Assembly: GCA_043228905.1 (NCBI GenBank)
Contig: JBHGNT010000020.1
Span: 2,294,001 to 2,358,000, forward strand
Direction: 5' to 3'
DNA: 64,000 bases
From: Azolla caroliniana
Lineage: Eukaryota; Plantae; Polypodiophyta
In this document: positions 53,086 through 63,789 of the stretch, piece by piece
Numbering within the stretch: the first letter of the stretch is position 1
Layout: each line of letters starts with the position of its first letter
Translations under genes and position numbers: made by a program
The notes under the pieces: generated by a model
Told to the model about the DNA's origin: nothing
Database searches by the model: none
What the model saw: only the letters and a program-made list of their open reading frames with translations

Positions 53086-53741
53086 ATTTCAAATGAAAGG
53101 GGGAAGGGTAGAGTATACGAATAGAGGTGAGAGAGGGTAGAGTAAAATATAGGAAAAGAAAATGGGAAGGGTAGAGATAGAGAAAGAGTAACAAAAATTA
53201 AAAGAGAAAGAGAAAGAAGAGAGAAATGGGGGGGGTTTTGAGTGTAAACATGAAAAGGGAGAGGGGTAGAGTGACAATTAGTTAAACAGACGAGGGGCAT
53301 TTTTACAATTTTGTAGAAATCAAGGAGAAGAGGGGGAGTGATAAGGATTGTGCATATAAGCCGGCTACAACATGTAGTCCCGAGCATTAGTTAAAGAGGG
53401 AGAGGTGGGCACACACGGCTACCATGTGTAGTCCCGTGCTATTAATACAAAGAAGAGATATAAAAGGGGCGAGTAATGAGTGACGGTGTTGCATGTTGGG
53501 ATGGAAGAAGAAAATCGGTGTCGCCGTCGCAAGTGCCAATCAACGTGTTATGAGGGAACTCGTCACGAAACGGATGCTCGATGGGTGTCAATGCACGACC
53601 GTCGTGGGTGCCATTCTCCGTTGAAAGGGCCTCCATAGAAAGCATGACATATTCTCAATTTGACCGTGAAGTCGAAACAAGGAGTGCGGACGGTAGGCAA
53701 TCGGTGGGTGCAATATGTAAGATGTAGAGTTATAGAGAAAA

Positions 53742-53822
53742 GGTTTAGGGTTTAGGAATTAGGGTTTGAGTTTTGGTTTAGGGTTAGGGTTAGGGTTAGG
53801 GTTTAAGAATTAGGGTTTAGGG
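53742..53822 (+). repeat. Degenerate telomeric repeats including perfect (GGGTTA)3GGG
   Basis: 53781-53801 gggttagggttagggttaggg; the tract abuts the duplicated gag sequence via a shared GGT. Confidence 0.88.
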
Positions 53823-55947
53823 TCGTGTTGGCGGCGAAAATCTTTCGTAGGTTTTCCCACGCTTCCTTCGGCGTCTTGGCTTCTCGAATGTAACCGAGCA
53901 TGTGGTCGTGAACACATGTCGCCAAACAATACATCACGCGGCTTGCGGCTTGGTCCCATGTCGTGTATCCGGGAGCCGCTTCGGCGGGTCGGTCTTCATG
54001 CGCTCCTTTGATGTAGCTCCAATAGCCTTGTCCGACAAGGTATTGGTGCATCTTGTACTCCCAAGATGCGAAGTTGTGTCGATCCAACTTCTCGGTAGGG
54101 AGAGCGCTCCCCATTTGAGTATTCATTATGTCGATTCTTCTTCTTCTTCTTCTCTCTTCGAATGCGAGCTATGTAGCGAAGCTACGATAGTGATGAGCCT
54201 GTTCTGGGTCGTCGACGTGGAGCACAACACACAATCACGATGAGGCGAATGCGCTAGATCGAGCTACCAACCTCGCTCTAATACCATGTAAAGAATCAAG
54301 AGATGGATTCTTGTGAAGCGGAAGAGATGTGAGTAGTGTGTGTGTGTAAGAGAGAGAGAGAGAGAAACACAGAGAATACGCAAGGTAAAAGTATATTAAC
54401 AAAGGAGAAAAACTCAACATTATACAAGGTGGGAGGAGGGTGCTTTATGTAGTCACCCTCTCTCTTCATTAACTACAAGCCTCATGGAGCATGGGGAATG
54501 TGAAAGCTCATAAGTTATGTGTCATAGAATATGATTCTATGACTCATACTAAATGCTAGAATATAAAGTGGTGACATAATGGTGACTCTTGACCGTTGGA
54601 GTGTCTCTTCACTCTCAAGGTGAGTTCACACACTAGACCAAGTTGAGCTTGATTCTCAACAAGACCATGGCTTCGGACAACAAATATCAAGCAGAGCTGG
54701 CAACACGAGTGTATCAGTTTCCGGCATGGACGCACCAAGGTTCGCGTACCTACGGAAGGCAGCACGCCACAACCTAAGGGTATAACACCGTTATACGCGG
54801 AGGACATAAATATGTTGGCTAGGGTGGAGGATGCAGAATTGGAGGCATACCTCGACGAACACCCTCAGATTATTTCACTGTTCGAAATAGATGTCATAGC
54901 AACCGTGGCAGAATATGCCACGGCCACTGTTCCCCATGACCAGCCTTACGAACCAAACCCAGAGTCCATATTGGAACTCAGCAGAGCACGGGCGGCATTC
55001 GAAAGGGAAATGGAGATTTCATGACGAGTCACCGCTTCCGCTCTCGAAGAAGTAAATGTGGGTACGGAATCGGAGCCCCGGTTCCTCTCCATCGCAAAGG
55101 AATTAAGGCCGGACCAGAGAATCATGATGATCGCACTACTCACGGAATATAAAGATGTGTTCGCTTGGGCTCACGAGGACATGAAGGGGTTAGATCCCAA
55201 GTTCTATCAGCATAAGATCAATTTAGCAACTGACGCGAAACTCGTCCAACGGCGCCGCTACCGCATGAACCCCAATTACGCGACCCGCATGAAAGAAGAA
55301 ATTGACAAGCTCCTGAAGGCGGGGGTTCATACGACCAGTTAAACAAGCGAGATGGCTAAGCCCGATAGTGGTCGTCCCAAAGAAAAACTGCAAAATACGG
55401 GTATGCGTAGATTACCGAAAATGAAACGTCGTAACCATTACAGACGCATTTCCCTTACCCTTCACCGATAGCGTGCTGGACGCCGTCACAGGCCATGAGA
55501 TATACAGTTTCATAGATGGCTTCAGTGGCTATAACCAGGTACGCATGCACCCCAAGGACCAGGAGAAGACGACGTTTGTCACGGACTGGGGAGTATATGT
55601 GGCAGTCGTCATGATGTTCGGGCTAAAGACAGCGCCGACAACATTTCAACGAATGATTACGGAGATCTTTGGGGAATACATTCCGGCGTTCATGCAAGTT
55701 TTTCTAGACGACTTTGCGATATATGGGGAAACAATAGACCATTTTACGCACTTACGACTGTGCCTGGAACGTTGCCGCACCGTACGCTTAAGCCTGAATC
55801 CCGCGAAATGTGACTTCGGCGTGACCAGCGGGACTCTCCTAGGCCACATAGTCAGCAAAGAGGGAATAGCGGTCGACCCAAACAAGATCTCCATGATTAC
55901 GCAAGCCAAAACTCCGACAAATGCCAAATCTCTTAGCTGTCATAACT

Positions 55948-56001
55948 AGACTCGAACCCATAACCTTTTGTTACACGGGTCGAGACTTTACCATTAGGTT
56001 A
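55948..56001 (-). promoter_or_regulatory. tRNA-like A/B-box cassette at the 5' edge of Tcn1-type LTRs (also ~58470-58523, 10772-10825, 37838-37891)
   Basis: TAACCTAATGG...AAGGTTATGGGTTCGAGTCT; in K, TAGTTTAATGG...AAGGTCATGGGTTCAAATCT. Confidence 0.65.
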
Positions 56002-56227
56002 TGAATTGTAATTTGAAGGATATTATTTTCATTTAGGTTTTATTGGGAAATTGATGTATACTCCAGATTTCTCTGGAACATTCTAGAAACTTCAGGAGTA
56101 TTCCTGAAGACACTATAAAAGGAGGCGCAAGGCATTAGTTCGAACCAAATCGGTTCAACGCCAGTCTTAAGCCTTCTAACTACTGTTGTATATCTTCCGT
56201 CATATAATACATATATCTTTCGCATCA

Positions 56228-56279
<52 letters not shown>

Positions 56280-56410
56280 ATTCCTTCTCTCAAAGTTCGA
56301 CACCTCTCATAGTACTAATCCTTCTCTGTCTTAGTACTATTCCCCAACAATAGTACTAATCCTTCTTTTAGTACTAATTCCTTCTCTGCCTTAATAGAGT
56401 TCCTGACAGT

Positions 56411-56422
56411 TTGAACCGATTT
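56411..56422 (+). promoter_or_regulatory. Self-priming PBS complementary to the predicted transcript 5' end
   Basis: TTGAACCGATTT pairs with AAATCGGTTCAA at 56147-56158, 27 nt after TATAAAA (56114-56120); the same PBS occurs in K at ~37475-37486 (-). Confidence 0.8.
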
Positions 56423-56565
56423 TCCTACTAGTCTCCCTCTTCCTTCTGTCTCCCTCCTTTCCTACTAGTCTCTTATTTCCCTTTTCCTTCATCCCATGGC
56501 CACCGTTAGCGCTGAAGAGTATCAATCCGTTTTCTCGGAATTTCAATGCTTGAAAGAGAAGTTTC

Positions 56566-58467
56566 ATGCTTTGGAACAAGAAAATCAACTACGAAATTCA
56601 TGATAAAGAGCTATTAGCAATAGTTGATTCTTTTATGCAATGGAGGCATTTCCTGGAGGGATCTCCTCGTCAGGTCACTGTATTCAGTGACCACAAGAAC
56701 CTTGCCTACTTTCAAGATGCTCGTGTACTGAATCGACGTCAAGCTCGGTGGGCCCACTTCCTCACACGCTTCGACTTCAAAATTACATATCGTCCGGGGA
56801 AGCACCAAGGGAAGGCAGATGCATTATCACGGCGTTCGTATCTAACACCACGTCCCGGTGAGCCAGCTTTCGATAACCAGAAGCAAGTAATCTTGGGTCC
56901 AGCACGACTGCAAGCAGCACAGGTCTTTGACATGCCCGTGGATTCCGACATTACCAATACTATACGTGAGGACTTGAAGACTGACGCTTTCGCCCAAGCT
57001 ATACTAGCACAAATTGACCCCTCTCGAGCGTCATGTTCACAATCACAATCACCAGGTACGGATTATCGGCAATTCAAATACTGTGATGGATTACTCTTCT
57101 TTAAAGAACTTTTGTATGTTCCTAATGGTTCTTGCTGCCTTCGAGTAGTACAAAACTGCCATGACACATATACAGCAGGACATTTTGGTAGTACTAAAAC
57201 ATTAGATTTAGTACAACGATCATTCTGGTGGCCCCGTATGCGACAATTTGTCGAAGATTTTGTTCGGACTTGCGATACATGCTGCAGAGCGAAAATGCCA
57301 AGACATCATCCATATGGTTTATTAGAACCATTACCAATTCCAAGCAAGCCATGGCAATCCATTGCTCTTGACTTCATTACAGATCTTCCAGTCTCTAAGG
57401 GATTCAGTGCGATTCTCACAGTGGTGGATCGATATACGAAGATGGCTCATTTCTTACCATGTACTAAAGAAATATCTAGTGAAGACACCGCCGAAATTGT
57501 CATGCGGGAAGTATGTCGGCATCATGGACTCCCTGATAATATCATCAGCGATCGTGGACCCCAGTTTGTGTCAAAATTCTGGAAGCACCTTTTTAAAATG
57601 CTGAAGGTCACTTGTAACCTCTCCTCCGGCTACCACCCACAAACCGACGGTCAAGCCGAACGAACAAATCAAACACTGGAGCAGTATCTGCGGTGCTTTC
57701 TCAACTATCATCAGAATGACTGGGCAGATATTCTTCAGTTCGCCGAATTTGGCTATAATAACGCTATCCACGCATCGACTAAAGTCACGCCATTCTACGC
57801 TTATACGGGATATCATCCCCGGTGGTGTGTCCTTGAAACCCCAGAAGTGTCCACAAATCCTTGCGCGGAGGATCGTTTGGAGCGGTTACGCAAGATACAA
57901 GCGGATTTATCTACTCAACTCCAGCAAGCTCAACAATCACACAAGGACTACGCAGATCGTCATCGACTTCCATCCAGTTTTAACATTGGAGATCGGGTGT
58001 GGCTGCTACGACGACACATCAAGACTACTCGCCCATGTGAGAAGTTGGATTATCGGCGATTAGGTCCTTTCCGTATTATCGGGAAGATTAATGATGTCGC
58101 TTTTCGTCTCGAGCTACCTCCGCAACTTCGGATACACCCGGTGTTTCATAGTTCTCTCCTCGAACCCTATCACGAGAGCACTATCCCAGGACGTACTATA
58201 CAACCTCCACCTCCTATCGAGCTCGAAGATGGACCTGAGTATGAGGTCGCTGCCATCCTCGATTCCAAGATTGTTCGCAACAAGCTCTACTATCTAGTCG
58301 ATTGGCTAGGATATAGTCCCAGCGAGCGTACTTGGGAACCGATCGAGAATGTGACCAATGCTCGTGCTCTTCTAGAAGACTTCCATCGACGATATCCCGA
58401 GAAACCGGGTCCTCAATCCAAAACGACTCGTGAAACTCGTCGTTTTAAAGGGGGGATAGTGTCATAA
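56566..58467 (+). CDS. pol: RNase H C-terminal half, integrase and chromodomain (633 aa, open)
   Basis: YEIHDKELLAI, ADALSR, HHCC (H..GHFG..CDTC), DFITDLP, SDRGPQF, DGQAER, GPF, IHPVFH, YLVDWLGY..TWEP. Confidence 0.88.
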   Translation: MLWNKKINYEIHDKELLAIVDSFMQWRHFLEGSPRQVTVFSDHKNLAYFQDARVLNRRQARWAHFLTRFDFKITYRPGKHQGKADALSRRSYLTPRPGEPAFDNQKQVILGPARLQAAQVFDMPVDSDITNTIREDLKTDAFAQAILAQIDPSRASCSQSQSPGTDYRQFKYCDGLLFFKELLYVPNGSCCLRVVQNCHDTYTAGHFGSTKTLDLVQRSFWWPRMRQFVEDFVRTCDTCCRAKMPRHHPYGLLEPLPIPSKPWQSIALDFITDLPVSKGFSAILTVVDRYTKMAHFLPCTKEISSEDTAEIVMREVCRHHGLPDNIISDRGPQFVSKFWKHLFKMLKVTCNLSSGYHPQTDGQAERTNQTLEQYLRCFLNYHQNDWADILQFAEFGYNNAIHASTKVTPFYAYTGYHPRWCVLETPEVSTNPCAEDRLERLRKIQADLSTQLQQAQQSHKDYADRHRLPSSFNIGDRVWLLRRHIKTTRPCEKLDYRRLGPFRIIGKINDVAFRLELPPQLRIHPVFHSSLLEPYHESTIPGRTIQPPPPIELEDGPEYEVAAILDSKIVRNKLYYLVDWLGYSPSERTWEPIENVTNARALLEDFHRRYPEKPGPQSKTTRETRRFKGGIVS

Positions 58468-58749
58468 CTAGACTCGAACCCATAACCTTTTGTTACACGG
58501 GTCGAGACTTTACCATTAGGTTATGAATTGTAATTTGAAGGATATTATTTTCATTTAGGTTTTATTGGGAAATTGATGTATACTCCAGATTTCTCTGGAA
58601 CATTCTAGAAACTTCAGGAGTATTCCTGAAGACACTATAAAAGGAGGCGCAAGGCATTAGTTCGAACCAAATCGGTTCAACGCCAGTCTTAAGCCTTCTA
58701 ACTACTGTTGTATATCTTCCGTCATATAATACATATATCTTTCGCATCA

Positions 58750-58793
<44 letters not shown>

Positions 58794-61047
58794 ATTCCTT
58801 CTCTCAAAGTTCGACACCTCTCATAGTACTAATCCTTCTCTGTCTTAGTACTATTCCCCAACAATAGTACTAATCCTTCTTTTAGTACTAATTCCTTCTC
58901 TGCCTTAATAGAGTTCCTGACATTAGCCGGTTTTTAGGACAAATACGGTGGCATAGTCGAATGATACAGTATTTGGCAGGCTTCGCCACGCCGCTACACG
59001 CTACCGTACATTAGACTCCTTTCCAATGGACTGCAACGGAGGATAAGGCCTATGAGGCACTTAAGATAATGCTCACACAAGCTCCCGTCGTACAGCCACC
59101 AGTTTGGGCGAAGCCATTCCACGTGTTCGTCGACGCCTCGAACATAGCAATAGGAAGCACACTAATGCAGCTCACCGAACCAAACTGGTATAGGCCAGTA
59201 TACTACGCCAGTCGTAAATTGTCAATAGTAGAGCGTAACTATTCCACAACAAAGCGGGAGGTGCTAGGGATGATATATAGCATCAATAAATTCCGACACT
59301 ATTTATTAGGAAGGAAATTCACGTTCCACGTGGATCATTCAGCATTATTGTATTTGGTGGAGAAACAAGCCCTGATAGGGAAACTGGCGCGGTGGATGCT
59401 GCTGCTCCAGGAATTCGATTTCGTAATTCAACACTGACCAGGGATGCAACACGCAGTGGCGGATTTTTTGAGCAGACTCGAGAATGGAGAAACAGTACAG
59501 AAAGACGACGACGATTTTCCGGACGCCGACATCTTGTGAGTAGCGACACTTGCAGAAAAAACGAAATCCACCTTTCTGGACCGATGGCTTATGGAAATGA
59601 CGTACTTTTTAACTACAGGATTGCCTCCACCATAATTATGCATGGACGAGAAGAAACAACTAGCCGTCCGAAGACGTTACTTCTGCCTCGTCGAAGGTGT
59701 TTTATATCACAAAGGAAGTGACGGCATTTGGCGACGTGGGGTCCGTCAAGATGAGAAGGAAGCAGTTTTACAGGAGGCACACTGCGGCACGGCAGACGGC
59801 CATTACGCGGGTGACGTGACAGCCCGGAAAGTATGGCAAGCGGGCTTATGATGGCCAACAATGCAGAAGGACGCATCTGAGTATTGTAGAAAGTGTGATT
59901 TGTGACAGCGGATGGGTCAGCCCGCAGAGGACGCAAGGATGCCACACCAGCCCGTATCACCGTTAGACCCCTTCCAAAAGTGGGGATTGGATTTTGTAGG
60001 GCCCTTCACACCAGCGGTGGCCCGTACGGGCAATAAATACATATCGGTAGCTACGGATTACTGCACCAAATGGGTAGAAGCAAAGGCACTACGTGAAAAT
60101 ACGACGGCCGTCACAACCAAATTCCTTTACGAGCACATCTGGTGCCGGTTCGGCTGTCCGATTGAGCGTATCAGTGACCAGGGGAGTCACTTTCTCAATA
60201 CGGTGGTTCAAGAACTAACACATCATTACGTCGTAGTCCACAAGAAGAGCACGCCATATTATCCACAGGCGAATGGATTAGCAGAATCCACGAACAAGAC
60301 ATTACAGACCATTTTGAAGAAAACTGTCAATGAAAATAGAACGGACTGGGATACCAAACTACAGAGTGTGTTATGGGCGTACAAAACTAGTTACAAAACA
60401 AGCATACAGTCAACACCGTTCCGACTAGTGTTTGGACTGGAGGTTGTGATGTTGGTCAAATTTCAGGTGCCTAGTTTGCGCATTCAGGTACGGAACCGAT
60501 TATCAAAAGCCAAGTCGGAGGAGGTACGGCTCTACCAGATCCTCGAACTAGGGGAAAAACGCGTCCACAACATGGCTGTGTTGGAACAGGAACAACGACG
60601 GCGTAAAGCGTTTGTGGATCGACATCGGAACGCAAGGGAAAAGGAGTTCGTCGTGGGTCGAGCGGTGCTAGTTTTTCAAACGTGCATGGGCCATATGCCA
60701 GGGAAGTTACGTTTCCGCTGGACCGGCCCATACTGGATAATTGGAGCGGAACAAGGCACATTCCAACTAGGAACGCTGGCTGGAGAAGTAGTACGGCAAA
60801 AGGTGAATGGATTTCGGCTCAAACCTTACTTGGGCCCTACGCCACCTAACCCATTCACCGCCGAACGAGACAGAGCCGGGGAACCCGCAACGTAAAATGG
60901 ACAACCCCATTTGTACTATAATGTAAAAATAGGTTGTAAATAACCGTTACAAAAAACAAAACAAAACAAAAAGAGAGAGAAGATAGCGACTATTAAAACG
61001 ACTAAAGGCATGCACAAACTCCTAGTTCAAGAACACGCGGCACCACG

Positions 61048-63789
61048 ATGGCTCACCGCCCAATGAACCCTAAGCCACAAAAAGAAGGAAACAGAAGATT
61101 TTCTGCACAAAGCAGAAACCCATCTTCTACCTATCAGCGCTCCCATCGCTCCTCCTCCTCACCTTCTTCCCCATCCTATCTCAGAGCTCCAACTCACCAC
61201 AACCACCCGTCTCCTCCCCACGAACCTACTCTGGCAATGCCGATCTTCATCTCTATTGCCCTACGCCGATGGCTCGTGGAGAAACGCCTGGATGGTTACA
61301 TCCGGGTCGCAGAAGCACCTCCGCACCCGGACGCCATGAACATCGCCAGGAAGCTTAACATCAACACGGTCACCAACTCTTCCATCCGGAAGAAGTTGGA
61401 CCTATCCTCACTAGGCGAAAGATATTTCGAAATACCTCCTGCAGAGGTGTTGCAATGGTATTTTGGGCCATATTCTTCCTCCCCCAAGGCCTATAGAATA
61501 AAACAGATTCCGGATCCCTTCTTCCGTGAAGTTGCCAAGTTCCTGCTAGAAGTCGGTTGCATACATGTCAACGCATATGGGATGCCTAAACGGAAAGCGG
61601 GCATCATTATCGATACCTTTGAAGGGTGTGTCGTCGACTGGGGGGTCATCACAGGGCCAGCGTTAAGGGAAGGCTTGCATGCGTACCAAGCAGGCAAAAA
61701 GCTCAGGCCGATCATCCAACAATACCTTACGGTACTATTTCCACCTTGAGGCCTGCTAGCACCGCAGCCCAGCCAACCCACGGCCCCGCCCCGATCCGTG
61801 AAACGCAAGTTAACAAAGTTATCGGCCCCAGACTGGGAAGAGGAACCCCAACCGGCCCAGCCAAACCCAAGGACAACACCTCCTACCGACCAGCCGGACA
61901 CACGGACAACGCAGGAGGAACAGCTGAGACGCTCCATGGAAGCAGCCCCAAAACCAAACACCGAAACACAGCGGGAAAGCCCCAGACCAAAACGGCGCAG
62001 ATTGGACAGGAAAGATGGGCGGGGGTTGGTAAAAAATGCCCCCACGGCAACGGAGACACCAATCGAAGGTGAAGGCTCCGCATCAGCGGAACCGAATACA
62101 ACCTTCGAAATCAACCGGGAGCCACGGTCGATTATTACGACTCAGTCCCAATGAGGGAAAGTCGTATTGACAACGGAAATCGAGGTTTTGGCATATCCGG
62201 ATTTCCCAGATACGGCCCACGAGTTCAGCGCCCTATTGCAGTTCGGTACTTCTTTTGAGCTCATGGAGTTCCTGGCAACACAATAGGTCAAAGCCGCCCA
62301 ACGAATGGCCGAGGAGTATGCGGAACGCCAGATGATCGAGTGCGCCCTAACACAAACAACGGAGAGCGACGATGAGGACCGGCTAGCCAGGGTCGGCAAA
62401 CAAAGGAACGCCGTGGTACGGCGAGTGGGGATGAAGATACCGCCCTTAAACACGGCCCTAGTCGAAGTCCATCGGGAACTGGCAAAGATCAGCACGAGCG
62501 CCAAGGAGATGGCCATAAAAAATAAGAATGTCTGGAAGAAGGTTAAACTAACCGAAGCCGAACTGCAAAAAGCCAACGCACACATCACGGAGTTGGAAGC
62601 TCACGCGACTACGGCGCAACATGCAACCCCGCCACCGAACCACGTCATCTACGCTCTAAAAGAAGAAATCGAGGCTGAGACCGCCATCGCCTCAAAAGCA
62701 AAAAGGGTCATGCAGCTAGCGGAATCTGAAATTGACCGTCTTCGAGCAGAACCACGCCAATCCTCAGACAAAGAAAAGGAGATACGGGCTAACGGATGGA
62801 AGGCAGTAAAAACTCTTAAAGAGAAACTAGCTACAGAGGTAGCAGCACATCCGGACAAAGGACGACAACGCACAATTACGAGAGGATGCGAAGAAATTGG
62901 AAGCGGCAATAGCAATACTTTTGGGCCTTATTAGAAAAAAAAGAAGGTATGGTTCGATGAGCAGTTGGTGGTCGAACAAGATAGAAGGCATCAGCTCGAA
63001 ATCCGCCTAAACAACGAGATGGGGAAATTAGAAGAACATCATACAAAGGAATCCCAGCTGTGGGCGGGCCTGAAGACCACGTATGAGGAAGCAGCAGCCG
63101 TTAAACAACAGGAAATCGCAAATCTCCAGAAGTTGATGGAAGACACACGCAACCGTTGCCAGGCCATCACAGATAGCGTGTGGATTTTTCTCCAAACAAA
63201 TCGGGAGAGGTTCACAGCGCAATTGAAAACGACACTGGACAAAGGATGGATGGTGTGGGTTCCCCAAGCAGTGGAATTGCACTCGTATCGTGCGGACTGG
63301 GAGAACCGGCGAAAAGACGGTCGAGGTTTCTATAAACTAAATGAGGAGAGCATTGCAACCGTATGGGAGGACCTAGCGCAAGACTATCGTGCGCTAGCAG
63401 ACCAACACTCTGAAGAACTTGCACAGCTCTTAGATGATTTTGGTGAAAGTCAGGAGGAGCTATTTCACCAGATCACACAAACTGGCAACACACGCACAAA
63501 CGAGGAATCCATCACGACACCAATTCCGGCCACAGCCAAAGAAGAGGAACCTCAGGCCCGATCATGAGAGATGACAACGAGGGAGAATAGCGGGGACCGA
63601 CGAGCGGAGTTCCCCACAAGACCAGACAGCGAAACCATTACCCAACAAGGGGTCCAGCCACACGAGCCCACACTATCATCAGACCACGCGGAGAACGGTG
63701 CGGACCAAGCGGAATCTCCGCCCCACTCCCAGGAACATACAAAAACGGCCAACACCACGGAGGATGTAACAATGGAGGCAGAGCCGTAG
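61048..63789 (+). pseudogene. Extra ORF 3' of integrase in gypsy H (globular N-terminus, low-complexity linker, coiled coil), broken by stops
   Basis: Consecutive same-frame ORFs 61048-61749, 61798-62154, 62305-62934, 62965-63567 and 63571-63789, separated by in-frame stops. Confidence 0.7.

Larger units (their letters stand above)
51055..53820 (-). mobile_element. Non-coding hammerhead-ribozyme and telomeric-repeat element with terminal direct repeats (candidate non-autonomous Penelope-like or retrozyme)
   Basis: Direct repeats 51058-51220 and 53657-53820; HHR 51545-51605; extreme purine/pyrimidine strand bias; no credible long ORF. Confidence 0.65.
50739..54136. repeat. 316-bp direct duplication of copia I gag 5' region (50739-51054 and 53821-54136) flanking an insert
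   Basis: Both copies encode MNTQMGSALPTEKLDR...KIFxANTT; ~5 substitutions seen between them. Confidence 0.93.
44661..54661 (-). mobile_element. Ty1/copia element I (same lineage as A), with its 3' half inverted
   Basis: 5' LTR 54287-54661 (-); PBS 54275-54286; gag-PR 51044-49706 (-); IN-RT-RH 44668-47640 (+); 3' LTR 47904-48274 (+); TSD AGACC (54662-54666, and as GGTCT at 48275-48279). Confidence 0.92.
55938..58922 (+). mobile_element. Tcn1-like chromovirus deletion derivative G (same family as K), recent
   Basis: LTRs 55938-56408 and 58460-58922 differ visibly only in (CT)n length; TSD TTAGC; PPT 58447-58459; gag start fused to RNase H by deletion at ~56586. Confidence 0.95.

Noticed and set aside
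51682-53387. Leu/Ser/Pro/Phe-rich minus-strand ORFs
   Set aside because: Artefacts of a pyrimidine-rich low-complexity strand.
53358-53445. Helitron 3' end
   Set aside because: Hairpins are present, but there is no proper CTRR terminus at the expected distance and no 5' TC end.
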